Shown here: in pieces, positions 31,692 to 41,060 of the stretch
Layout: each line of letters starts with the position of its first letter
Position numbering within the stretch: the first letter of the stretch is position 1
Assembly: GCA_025055835.1 (NCBI GenBank)
Contig: JANWWR010000006.1
Location: forward strand, 1 to 57,119
Source: Gemmatales bacterium
GTDB taxonomy: Bacteria > Planctomycetota > Planctomycetia > Gemmatales > HRBIN36
Direction: 5' to 3'
DNA: 57,119 bases
Made by a program: the position numbers and the translations under genes
The notes under the pieces: generated by a model
Seen by the model: only the letters and a program-made list of their open reading frames with translations
Databases searched by the model: none
Told to the model about the DNA's origin: nothing

Positions 31692-32804
31692 CTAGCCGAT
31701 TAATTGCCGAAACTGTTCGAAAAGGTACGAGCTGTCATGCGGTCCCGCCGACGCTTCCGGGTGATATTGCACGCAGAACAACGGCTCGCTGCGATGCCGG
31801 AAGCCTTCCAAAGTCTGGTCGTTGAGGTTGATGTGCGTCGGCTCCAGGAAGCGGGGTAGGGAGTTTAGTTCCAGAGCAAAGCCGTGATTTTGCGTGGTGA
31901 TTTCGACCCGGTTCGTCTGGTAATTGAGCACCGGCTGATTGGCTCCACGATGCCCGAACTTAAGCTTGAACGACCTCGCTCCCAGGGCCAATCCCAAAAG
32001 CTGGTGGCCCAGGCAGATGCCAAAGATGGGCTTCTTGCCGACCAAGCCCCGGATCGTTTCCAAGGCGTAACCGAGTGCTTCGGGATCGCCCGGCCCGTTG
32101 GACAGGAAAATGCCGTCGGGCTTGTGCGACAGAACTTCTTCCGCCGTCGCGGTGCCGGGCAACACCGTGACCTGACAGCCGACCTGCACCAGGCAGCGCA
32201 GGATGTTCCACTTCATGCCGAAGTCCAGGGCGACGACGTGGCAATCGAGCGGCCGGGCTGGCAGCATTTCCGAGGCGAACCGGCTGACGTACCCCTCCGC
32301 CCAGCGGAAAGGCCGGCTCGGCAGGACTTCCCGAACCAGATCCCGACCGACAATGCTCGGCGCGGTGCGGGCTTTGTGGACCAGCGAGGCGTCGTCCAGA
32401 TCGGTCGTCGAAAGTACGCCGGTCATCGCTCCGCGGATGCGGATGCGCCGCACCAAGGCCCGGGTGTCCACGCCCTCCAGTCCGATGATGCCGTGCTGCT
32501 TGAGATAGACGTCCAGGGAACTTTCCGCCCGGAAGTTGCTCGGCTCCCGGGACAATTCCCGCACAACAAAGCCCTCGACCTGCGGCCGACCCGACTCAGC
32601 GTCTTCCGGATTGACCCCGTAGTTGCCGATGTGCGGATAAGTCATGGTCACGATCTGGCCCTTGTACGACGGGTCGGTGAGCACCTCCTGGTAGCCGGTC
32701 ATGCTCGTGTTGAAAACGACCTCGCCGAAGCGTTCGCCTTCCGCTCCGAAGGCCCGCCCGGTCAGGACCGTCCCATCTTCCAGGGCTAATTTGGCCAATG
32801 CCAT
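31692..32804 (-). CDS. carA: Carbamoyl-phosphate synthase small subunit
   Basis: [35 protein letters not shown] and QYHPEA motifs. Confidence 0.97.
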   Translation of the reverse strand: MALAKLALEDGTVLTGRAFGAEGERFGEVVFNTSMTGYQEVLTDPSYKGQIVTMTYPHIGNYGVNPEDAESGRPQVEGFVVRELSREPSNFRAESSLDVYLKQHGIIGLEGVDTRALVRRIRIRGAMTGVLSTTDLDDASLVHKARTAPSIVGRDLVREVLPSRPFRWAEGYVSRFASEMLPARPLDCHVVALDFGMKWNILRCLVQVGCQVTVLPGTATAEEVLSHKPDGIFLSNGPGDPEALGYALETIRGLVGKKPIFGICLGHQLLGLALGARSFKLKFGHRGANQPVLNYQTNRVEITTQNHGFALELNSLPRFLEPTHINLNDQTLEGFRHRSEPLFCVQYHPEASAGPHDSSYLFEQFRQLIG

Positions 32805-32917
32805 GCCGAAAACTCCTGCGCATAGCAGCACGGTGCCAGACCGAAGCACGATCCGGCTGCCGTGTTTCCTTCCTCCATCATAGGGAGTCGCTAGTCCATT
32901 CTTCCAGCCGCCGGGAT

Positions 32918-33538
32918 CTAGACCTTGCGAATCACGCCGATAAGCGTCCCCAGAATGCGGATGTCCTCGCCCGGCTCGACAAAGATCGGAGCGTAGTTGC
33001 CGTTGGCAGGCTCCAGCCGAATCCGATTCCGCTCCTTGAAAAACCGCTTGAGCGTCACTTCGCCGTCCACCATCGCCACGACCCGTTCTCCGTTGCGTGC
33101 CGTCTCCTGCTTCTCGATGATGACATAATCGCCGTCCTGGATATGGTCTTCGATCATCGAGTTGCCGCGGACTTTCAGGGCGTAGCGATTGTCGCCGAGG
33201 AACATGGCGTGGAGGTCGAGGTATTCGTCGGTGGTCTGGACCGCCAGGGTGGGAAAACCGGCAGCGACTCGACCAAGCAACGGAATGGCCAACTGACCGG
33301 GCCGATATCCGACCAGTTGAATTGCGCGGGCCGAAAAGCCCTGACGCTGAATGAACCCCTTCTTTTCCAGCGCCTTGAGGTGGCACATTACGCCATTGGG
33401 CGATTTAATGCCGAAATGCGCACCGATTTCCCGAACCGTCGGCCCGTAGCCTCGGCTCTCGATCTTTTCCTTGATGAACTGATAGATTTCTTTCTGCCGC
33501 TTGGTCAACGTAGTGTTTATCGTGGTAAGATTCGGCAT
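32918..33538 (-). CDS. lexA: SOS repressor LexA
   Basis: [21 protein letters not shown] cleavage site, GNSM (Ser) and TLKRF (Lys) motifs. Confidence 0.95.
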   Translation of the reverse strand: MPNLTTINTTLTKRQKEIYQFIKEKIESRGYGPTVREIGAHFGIKSPNGVMCHLKALEKKGFIQRQGFSARAIQLVGYRPGQLAIPLLGRVAAGFPTLAVQTTDEYLDLHAMFLGDNRYALKVRGNSMIEDHIQDGDYVIIEKQETARNGERVVAMVDGEVTLKRFFKERNRIRLEPANGNYAPIFVEPGEDIRILGTLIGVIRKV

Positions 33539-33585
33539 GACTGAGTCCTCCGTCGTCAATCCGGCCCCTTAAGCGATGGGATCAT

Positions 33586-33615
33586 GAACTAGAGTATATA
33601 ACATACGTCCGTACA
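33586..33615 (-). promoter_or_regulatory. Candidate lexA promoter and operator region
   Basis: TATACT on the minus strand at 33593-33598, overlapped or flanked by GAAC-TAGA-GTAT and TAAC-ATAC-GTCC. Confidence 0.45.
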
Positions 33616-33694
33616 CAGGGAAAGACCATAGGCCGGAATTTTTGCCCGGGCTGGCCGCCCAGGGGCCGATCGGATCAAAGAGACTTGTTCGACC

Positions 33695-34789
33695 ATGTTG
33701 GGTGACGCGATTCAATGCTTAATCGAGCGGCGTGATCTTCCCCAGGAGGTCATGGAGCAGGCAATGCACGCCTTGATGGCTGGACAGGCCGGCGAGGCCG
33801 AGGCCGCGGCGTTCTTGACTGCCCTGCGGATGAAGGGCGAAACGGCCGCAGAATTGGCTGCTGGAGCACGGGTGCTGAGGCAGCACATGGAGCCTTTGCA
33901 AATCGGCGATCGGCAGGCCGTGGACACCTGCGGGACCGGCGGGGACCACAGCGGCACGCTAAACCTCAGCACCGCTGCTGCCTTCGTGGTGGCCGGGTGC
34001 GGAATTCCGGTGGTCAAGCACGGCAATCGGGCGGTGTCGAGCCGCAGCGGGAGTGCGGACGTTCTCACTGCCTTGGGAGTTCGTGTAGACGTGGCTCCCG
34101 AAGCAGCCCGCCTTTGCCTGGAAGAGGCGGGCATGGCATTCTGCTTTGCCCCCCGTTATCATCCGGCCATGAAGCACGTCGCCAAGGTGCGACAAGCACT
34201 CGGCTTCCGGACGTTGTTCAATCTCTTAGGCCCGCTCTGCAATCCTGCTCGGGTGCGATATCAGCTTCTCGGCGTCGGTCGGCCCGAACTTCTAGACCTG
34301 ATGGCCGAGACGCTGGGTCGCCTGGGTGGCACGGAAGCGTTCGTCGTCCACGGCAGCGATGGACTCGACGAGGTGTCCCTATCCGGTCCGACGCAGGTTC
34401 GCTGGGTCCGTAAGGAAGGGATCGAAAAGCGGACCTGGACGCCGATGGATTTTGGCTTGCCGTCGCACTCCGTCGAGAGCATCCGAGTCCGAGATGCCGC
34501 GGAAAGCGCAGTTCGCATCAAAGCGGTGTTGCAGGGGGAACACGGACCCGCGAGGGACTTCGTGGTGGCCAATGCCGCCGCGGTATTAGTTTTGGTCGGC
34601 GTCGCTGACGATCTTCGAAGCGCAGCAGCCCGAGCGGCACAAGCCATCGACGCCGGCCAGGCCCAAGCTGTGCTTCGGGGACTGATTCGCGTCACCAATA
34701 CGGATCCGGCTGCCGGCCAGGTACGACCGGGAAATCGGGAAGGAAGCCATGAGTCAAAAGCTCATCCTCGTGACGGACATGGGAATTGA
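33695..34789 (+). CDS. trpD: Anthranilate phosphoribosyltransferase
   Basis: DTCGTGGD, NLST, KHGNRAVSSRSGSAD, FNLLGPL and GLDE motifs. Confidence 0.96.
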   Translation: MLGDAIQCLIERRDLPQEVMEQAMHALMAGQAGEAEAAAFLTALRMKGETAAELAAGARVLRQHMEPLQIGDRQAVDTCGTGGDHSGTLNLSTAAAFVVAGCGIPVVKHGNRAVSSRSGSADVLTALGVRVDVAPEAARLCLEEAGMAFCFAPRYHPAMKHVAKVRQALGFRTLFNLLGPLCNPARVRYQLLGVGRPELLDLMAETLGRLGGTEAFVVHGSDGLDEVSLSGPTQVRWVRKEGIEKRTWTPMDFGLPSHSVESIRVRDAAESAVRIKAVLQGEHGPARDFVVANAAAVLVLVGVADDLRSAAARAAQAIDAGQAQAVLRGLIRVTNTDPAAGQVRPGNREGSHESKAHPRDGHGN

Positions 34790-35681
34790 TGGTGCCTTCG
34801 CGGCGACGGTCGCCCTGTACGACAGCCGCTTCGACGTGCTGGCCTTGTGCGCTTCGGCCGGCAACATCCCGGCGGAACAAGCCACGCGCAACGTGCAGAT
34901 CTTTGTGGAAAACGTCGATCCGCCCAAATGGCCCCGGGTGGGGGAGGCGGTGCCCGTGAAGTTCACTCTGGACGCCCGGGAGCTCCACGGGCCAACCGGC
35001 TTCGGTCATGCTGAGTTCCAGTGCGCTCAACTCCATCACCATCATCCCGCCGACAAGCTGCTGGTGGACCTCGTGCATCAGGAGCCAGCCGAGGTCACGC
35101 TGGTGGTTCTTGGCCCATGTACCACGGTGGCTCGGGCCTTGGATCGGGACGGCGAGTTTCAGCGGCTGGTAAAACAGATGGTCATCGTGGGTGGTACCTG
35201 GCACGAACCCGGCGATGCCGGGCCGGTTTCGGAATTCCATTTCACCTGCGACCCGGAAGCCGCTCGCCAAGTGCTGCGGGCCAGCGTGCCGATCACCGTG
35301 CTGCCGCTCGACGTGACCCGACACGCCTTGTTTTCGCCCACCGAACTGGCGGACCTTCCTTGCGGACAGTCCCGCGGCTGCCGGTTTCTCCGCAGAATCG
35401 CCCCCTTCGGCGTGCAGGCCAGCGCTCAACATCTTGGCATCGAGGGGTTCTTCCTGCGCGACTTGCTCGGCATCGTGTTTCTAGCGGTTCCTCAGGCGTT
35501 CAAGACCCGACCTGTCCATGTCGACGTGGAAACCCGAGGCGAATTGACTCGGGGCATGAGCGTGGTCGACGAACGCCGTCATCACGGCAAGCCCAACGCC
35601 CAGTGGGCTTATGATGTGGACATGAAACTAGTCCGCTCTTACTTGGCGGACGTCCTGAGCCGATTCAAGGACGAGGATTGA
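34749..35681 (+). CDS. Inosine/uridine-preferring nucleoside hydrolase family protein (degenerate motifs)
   Basis: TDMGIDGA, HGPTGFG, LGPCT, EFHFTCDPEAA, PLDVT and VETRGELTRG motifs. Confidence 0.8.
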   Translation: MSQKLILVTDMGIDGAFAATVALYDSRFDVLALCASAGNIPAEQATRNVQIFVENVDPPKWPRVGEAVPVKFTLDARELHGPTGFGHAEFQCAQLHHHHPADKLLVDLVHQEPAEVTLVVLGPCTTVARALDRDGEFQRLVKQMVIVGGTWHEPGDAGPVSEFHFTCDPEAARQVLRASVPITVLPLDVTRHALFSPTELADLPCGQSRGCRFLRRIAPFGVQASAQHLGIEGFFLRDLLGIVFLAVPQAFKTRPVHVDVETRGELTRGMSVVDERRHHGKPNAQWAYDVDMKLVRSYLADVLSRFKDED

Positions 35682-36279
35682 CAGGCTGATCGGGCTGACT
35701 GCTTCGCTTGGCCGTCGGATGCTCGGCGGCGAAGTGTTCGGCGTCGGCCTGTTTTGGTTCGGAAGTTGGCGGCGTGCCGTCGCAGTTCATGGTAGCCACT
35801 TGAAAACTCTGGCGGGGACGCGATGCTTGGGATTCTCTGAACGGCCCCGCTTCCGGCAGGTGCATTGGAGGACGACCGAAGCGGGCACGCAATTTGTTGA
35901 TCGCCTCCAGTACCCGTGGGCGGCTGACAAGCTTCAGTTCCAACTGGCGTTTGCCCGGAAAATCCAGGAGCATGACGCCGATGAGAATCGTCAACACGCC
36001 CTGCCCCGGCCCGAACAGCATGATGACGCCGCCGATCACGAGGACGATCCCCAGCAGATTCTTCAACACGATCAGGGTCCAGCGCACAACGGGATGCCGA
36101 TCCACCCACAGGCCGCGCTCCGACCGTTCAAGAAAGTAATTGGCGGGAAGCAAAATCACCAGGGCGGTCACAAAGCCGACGCTGACCAGGGCGAGAAGCA
36201 CCCCGATGCCGAGCGTCCACAGGATGCTCGTGGCAGTCAGGCCGAGGGAATCCGGAATGTCGCTGAGCCACTGGAACAC
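35665..36279 (-). CDS. PGPGW-family transmembrane protein
   Basis: KNLLG...MLFGPGQGVLTILIG...DFPGKR motif; GTG start after GGAGG. Confidence 0.75.
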   Translation of the reverse strand: MFQWLSDIPDSLGLTATSILWTLGIGVLLALVSVGFVTALVILLPANYFLERSERGLWVDRHPVVRWTLIVLKNLLGIVLVIGGVIMLFGPGQGVLTILIGVMLLDFPGKRQLELKLVSRPRVLEAINKLRARFGRPPMHLPEAGPFRESQASRPRQSFQVATMNCDGTPPTSEPKQADAEHFAAEHPTAKRSSQPDQPVNPRP

Positions 36280-36348
36280 CGGACCGTCCTCCGCGGAAAA
36301 GGACCTCCCTTGCTACGCCAACGTAGATGTATTCGTTCACCGTCCCGT

Positions 36349-37563
36349 TCACTTCACGAAGGCAAGCAAGGGCCAGACGCGGTCTTGCAAGGTTCCCGTG
36401 ACATGGACCTGCCCATCGGCAGCGACAAAGACGTTGACTTCGGAACGGACTCCGAATTGCGGTAAATAAATGCCCGGTTCGATGGAGAAACAAGTTCGCG
36501 GCAGAACACGGCGGGTTTCATGGGTTTCGAGGTTGTCCATGTTCGCCCCGTTGCCGTGCGTCTCCTGACCGATGCTGTGCCCGGTGCGATGGCAGAAGTA
36601 CTCGCCGAACCCGGCCCGCTCGATGACATCCCGCGCCGCCTGATCCACCTGCCATCCTTGAATGGGACGCCCAGCGGCAAAACTCTCGCAGACAAAGGCA
36701 ATGGCGGCGTCCCGAGCCTGAGCCACGACGCGGAACACCCGTTCGTATTCCTCCGGCACCTCGTACCCCAGATAAGCGACCTGAGTGTAGTCGCTGTACA
36801 CTGCCCGAGGCCGGTCGAGCTTGGCCCACAGATCAATGAGCACGAAGTCGCCTTCCTTCAGGACGACATCCGTGGCCGGAGTCGTCTCGTAGTGCGGGTC
36901 GCCGCTATGCGGGCCGACGGCCACGATGGGCGGGTGGTAGGTCGTCAGTCCGTGTTCGCGAAAATGATCGAGAATGACATGCACCACGTCGCTTTCACGG
37001 GGACCGTGGCCGCGTCTCAGCCGTTCGGCGATGAAGGCATAGGCTCGGTCGAAAGCCGCCGTGGTGTGCTTGCTGGCCTCCAGGTGCATTTGCCACTGCT
37101 CGTCATCCCAGACGGCCTCGAATAACTGGATCAAGTCCCCGGAAGAAACCGGCTCCACGCCGAAACCGCGAACAAGTTCCACGGTTCCAGCATCGAGCTT
37201 GGAGACGTAGGGATTGGCATTGCGCGGTGAGTATTCCATCGCAAGGCGGCGAGCGCCGGAAGATCGGCCTCTCCCGTTCGCCGTGAGAATCGCGGCCAGA
37301 CCCGCTTCGAGTTCCTGCCAGCGAAGGTAAATCCGCTTGCTGCCCGGCAGATGATCGAGGACACCGGCTTCGATGCGATGGACGAGCTTGGCCGGTTCCC
37401 CCTCACGAGGCACGAAGTAAAACCACCGCCGTGACGTGGGCACCTTTCCTTCGAGATCAACGATCCGCCGTGCCAGCACGTTGCTGCCGCGGAAGTCAGC
37501 CAGCAGCCAGCCGTCCAGGTCGAAGTCCCGCAACGCCGCCTGTACCGCAGCCAGGTCGAACAT
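36349..37563 (-). CDS. M24 family (Xaa-Pro) aminopeptidase
   Basis: DPHY, LIDLW, YSDYT, HRTGHSIG, SIEPGIY and GVRSE motifs. Confidence 0.92.
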   Translation of the reverse strand: MFDLAAVQAALRDFDLDGWLLADFRGSNVLARRIVDLEGKVPTSRRWFYFVPREGEPAKLVHRIEAGVLDHLPGSKRIYLRWQELEAGLAAILTANGRGRSSGARRLAMEYSPRNANPYVSKLDAGTVELVRGFGVEPVSSGDLIQLFEAVWDDEQWQMHLEASKHTTAAFDRAYAFIAERLRRGHGPRESDVVHVILDHFREHGLTTYHPPIVAVGPHSGDPHYETTPATDVVLKEGDFVLIDLWAKLDRPRAVYSDYTQVAYLGYEVPEEYERVFRVVAQARDAAIAFVCESFAAGRPIQGWQVDQAARDVIERAGFGEYFCHRTGHSIGQETHGNGANMDNLETHETRRVLPRTCFSIEPGIYLPQFGVRSEVNVFVAADGQVHVTGTLQDRVWPLLAFVK

Positions 37564-37582
37564 CAGATTCCCTCGTCGTCGG

Positions 37583-40500
37583 TTACTTCGCCTCGCCGAC
37601 CGCTCCGGCCGCTTCCTTGCGATGGTAGTTCGGATAGGGAGGCCGCTTCGGCTGCGGAGGCGGATTCTTTTTGAGCAGTTCCAGAACCACCTCGACCGCC
37701 TTCTCCAACTGCGGATCACGGCCCTGTCGGACCAGATAGGGATCGTATTCGACCTCGATATCCGGGGCGACGCCGTGGTTTTCCACGTCCCATTCACCGT
37801 CCGGGCTGAAGAAAGCGAAGCTCGGGGCGGTCACCATGCCGCCGTCCATCAGCGGTGGATAGCCTGAAATGCCGACCAGGCCGCCCCAGGTCCGCTTGCC
37901 GATGAGCGGTCCGATGCCCGTCCGTCGGAAGTACCACGGCATGGCATCGCCGCCGGAACCGGCAAATTCGTTGACGATCATGACTTTCGGCCCGAAGATC
38001 GCACCGCCCGGCGTCGTGTAGATCTTGCCCGATCGAGCCGTCCAGTAGTTCAGAAGCGGGCGACGCAGCACCTCGATGATGTAATCCGCAGCCTTGCCGC
38101 CGCCGTTGAAGCGCTCGTCAATGACCGCCGCTTCTTTGTCCGTCTGGGCAAAAAAGTAGCGATTGAAATTCGTGTAGCCGCCCATGCCGGTGTCCGGCAG
38201 ATAGACGTAAGCCACCCGACCACCGGAAAGCTCGTCCACCTTGCGGCGATTGCTCTCGATCCAGGCCAGACTGCGCAAGGCCGTCTCCGATTCCACGGGG
38301 ACCACGGTCACTTGGCGGGAGTTGGTGCCGTCCGGCTGCGGACCGACTTTCAGGACCACTTGCTTATCCGCAGTGCCTTCGAAAGCCTTGTAGATGTTCT
38401 CAGCCGCTGTCAACTCCTTGCCGTTGACGGCGAGGATGTATTCGCCCTCCTTGACGTTGACGCCGGGCTGAGTCAGTGGAGCACGCAGTTGGGGATTCCA
38501 GTTTTCGCCCGTGTACACCTTCTTGACTCGGTAACGCCCCTGGTCGATCTCAAAATCGGCCCCAAGGAGACCGACCTTCACCCGCGTGACCTCCGGCAAG
38601 TCTCCTCCGCCGATGTAGGTGTGCCCCAGCACCAGATTGCCGAGCATTTCGTTGAACAGATAGTTGAGGTCGGCACGGTGCATGATGCTCTGGAGATACG
38701 GCTCGTAGCGTTTCTCGGCCTCGGCGAGGTTGAGGCCGTGGGCATTCGGATCGTAGAGGAAGTCCCGCTGGAGCCGCCAGACCTCACGGTACATCTGCCG
38801 CCATTCCGCCCTCGGATCAATGAACACTTCCATGCTGTCGAGCTTGAGCGCGCCCTCGCCGGGACGCACCGGGGCGGTCAAAGCCGTGAGATACCAGTTG
38901 TCACGCTGTCGGTAGAGGATCTTCTCGCCGTTTAGAGCGATGGCCGCTGCGGAGACGTTGTCCACGACCCGCTCTGCCTTCCGCGTCTTGAGATCGAACT
39001 TGAGAACCGTGATGTCACCCAGAGGCGGCTGACCGGGAGCGGGCGGGACTGGCAGCAAGGGCTGTTCGTAAATGATGAGCGTTCCCGCCTTGCCGACGTC
39101 GAGGCCGACGTAGTTCCGCTGCGGAAGCGGAAGGGCCAGAATGCGTTGGCCGATGTCTTCGAGGTCGATTCGCGTGCCGGCCTCTTTCTTCGCATCCTTC
39201 GGCTCGGTTTTCTCGCCCTCCGGCTTGGCTTGGGCGTTGACCGAAGCGGGAGTGGCCGGCGGGGTCGAAGGCTTGTCCTTTTCCTCGTCGCTTTCGGGAG
39301 CCAGAGGGGACTCAGCATCCTTGCTCAGCACGACCACATAGACCGCGGCGGTCACCGGCCGGTTAGTCGCGCTCATGTCGATGCCGTTCAGGGCCGGTCC
39401 GGCGTCCGTGCTGGCGAGGAAGTAAAGGTAGCTTCCCGATTTGTCGAAAACCGGCGTGGATGCGTGGCTCATCCCGTCGGTGATCTGATGCCGCTTTCCA
39501 GATTGCGTGTCGTACAGGAAGATGGCTCCGAGCCGATTGTCCAGGACGCGGGCATAAGCCAACCATCGGCTGTCCGGTGACCAAACGGGATCGTAGAAGG
39601 CCCCGTAGCCGAAATACGGCTGCACATCCACCTTGGTGGATTGTCCGCTGGCGAGGTCGATGAACCACAATTGCTGGCGATTGTCGCTGTAGGCAATGCG
39701 TTTGCTGTCCGGCGACCAGACGAGGTTGAAATAGAAATTCGGTGGTTCCCCCAGCGGGAGCTTGCGGGCCGGTTCCAATCCCCGAGCGTCCTTGATGTGC
39801 AGTTGGTACTCGCCGCCTTCGTCGGAGAAGTAGGCGACGCTCTTGCCGTCTGGCGACCAGGCTGGGCCGCGTTCCATCACGCCGGGAGTGTTCGTCAGAT
39901 TGCGGATGTCGCCTTTCTCCGCCGGCACGGTCAGAATTTCGCCCCGCGCTTCAAAGGCCACTCGGACGCCGTTGGGGGACAGCGACGCCGAGCGAATGCG
40001 TCGTGCCACCTTCACGTACCGAGGCCGCGTGTCCGGAAAATCCCCGCTCAGCGTGATCTCCAACTGCCGACTTCGGCCCGTCTTCGGATCGAAGATGTGC
40101 AGAGAGCCGAACTGCTCGTAGGCAATCGCATCCGGCCCGGCGCTGGCCCACAGCAGGTCGAGACCTTGATTCTCAATAGCCTGGCGGACCACTTTGGTTT
40201 CCGGGTCGTAGCAGAACAACGTGACCGGGCCGTTGCGGTCGGACAGAAACCACACCTTGTTGTCGAGCCACATCGGGCAGAAGTCGTTGGAATCGGTGCG
40301 CGGCACCTTTTCGATCCGGCTGTCGCTCAGTTCGGCGATCCAGATCGGCGAGGCAAGACCGCCCCGGTAGCGTTTCCAAGCGATGTAGTTGTTCGGCACG
40401 GAACGGCGATTCCAGAAGGGGACATAGGCCAGGCGGCGCCCGTCCGGGGAATAGGCTCCCTGTTCTCCCATCGGGAGCGGGAGTTCCACGGGCAGACCGC

Positions 40501-40945
40501 TGCCATCGGTCGAAACGGTGAACAGCCTGTTGTAGCGCGGCGAGTGGCTCGTTCGACCGGAGCGGAACAGAACCCGGGTGCCGTCCGGCGTCCAGCCGAC
40601 CGCCACATCCACGCCGGGATGATATGTCAGCCGACGTGGCTCGCCACCCGTGGCTGGGATGATGTACACGTCGTAGTTGCCGTCATACTCCGCTGTGAAG
40701 GCGATGTGCTTGCCATCCGGGGAAAAGAAGGGGTCGTACTCCAGACCCGCACCGCTGGTCAGTCGCTTGGCTTCGCCGCCTTCGCGAGAGACGACCCACA
40801 GATCGCCGGCATAAACGAAGGCGACCTGGGTGCGACTCAGCGTCGGCTTTTGCAGGAGATTCGGCTGAAACGGCTCCGCGGCAGCGAAGCCGACAATTTC
40901 CAGGGCAAGAAGCAGAATTCCGGAAATTCGGACACAGGCACGCAT
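37583..40945 (-). CDS. Tricorn protease (S41B), exported
   Basis: FVYAGDLW; WD40/PD40-like WSPD repeats; WKRYRGG; GHT; PDZ domain; DERFNGGG; AGSGGD; RTWGG; VENHGVAPD. Confidence 0.95.
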   Translation of the reverse strand: MRACVRISGILLLALEIVGFAAAEPFQPNLLQKPTLSRTQVAFVYAGDLWVVSREGGEAKRLTSGAGLEYDPFFSPDGKHIAFTAEYDGNYDVYIIPATGGEPRRLTYHPGVDVAVGWTPDGTRVLFRSGRTSHSPRYNRLFTVSTDGSGLPVELPLPMGEQGAYSPDGRRLAYVPFWNRRSVPNNYIAWKRYRGGLASPIWIAELSDSRIEKVPRTDSNDFCPMWLDNKVWFLSDRNGPVTLFCYDPETKVVRQAIENQGLDLLWASAGPDAIAYEQFGSLHIFDPKTGRSRQLEITLSGDFPDTRPRYVKVARRIRSASLSPNGVRVAFEARGEILTVPAEKGDIRNLTNTPGVMERGPAWSPDGKSVAYFSDEGGEYQLHIKDARGLEPARKLPLGEPPNFYFNLVWSPDSKRIAYSDNRQQLWFIDLASGQSTKVDVQPYFGYGAFYDPVWSPDSRWLAYARVLDNRLGAIFLYDTQSGKRHQITDGMSHASTPVFDKSGSYLYFLASTDAGPALNGIDMSATNRPVTAAVYVVVLSKDAESPLAPESDEEKDKPSTPPATPASVNAQAKPEGEKTEPKDAKKEAGTRIDLEDIGQRILALPLPQRNYVGLDVGKAGTLIIYEQPLLPVPPAPGQPPLGDITVLKFDLKTRKAERVVDNVSAAAIALNGEKILYRQRDNWYLTALTAPVRPGEGALKLDSMEVFIDPRAEWRQMYREVWRLQRDFLYDPNAHGLNLAEAEKRYEPYLQSIMHRADLNYLFNEMLGNLVLGHTYIGGGDLPEVTRVKVGLLGADFEIDQGRYRVKKVYTGENWNPQLRAPLTQPGVNVKEGEYILAVNGKELTAAENIYKAFEGTADKQVVLKVGPQPDGTNSRQVTVVPVESETALRSLAWIESNRRKVDELSGGRVAYVYLPDTGMGGYTNFNRYFFAQTDKEAAVIDERFNGGGKAADYIIEVLRRPLLNYWTARSGKIYTTPGGAIFGPKVMIVNEFAGSGGDAMPWYFRRTGIGPLIGKRTWGGLVGISGYPPLMDGGMVTAPSFAFFSPDGEWDVENHGVAPDIEVEYDPYLVRQGRDPQLEKAVEVVLELLKKNPPPQPKRPPYPNYHRKEAAGAVGEAK

Positions 40946-41060
40946 GGTGTTGTTCCTCACGAGGAGCTTGGCTTTTGGATTATTACGTCGCATCCGCTGG
41001 GAAGGTCCGTTGTTATCTTGTCAGGAGGCAGGAAGATTGCAAGGGCAAGGGGCCGCGGCG

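Noticed and set aside
32805-33386. Apparent N-terminal extension of carA (similar extensions on purK, ruvC and the M24 peptidase)
   Set aside because: These are stop-free frames overlapping upstream genes in high-GC DNA. Family motifs begin at the downstream starts.
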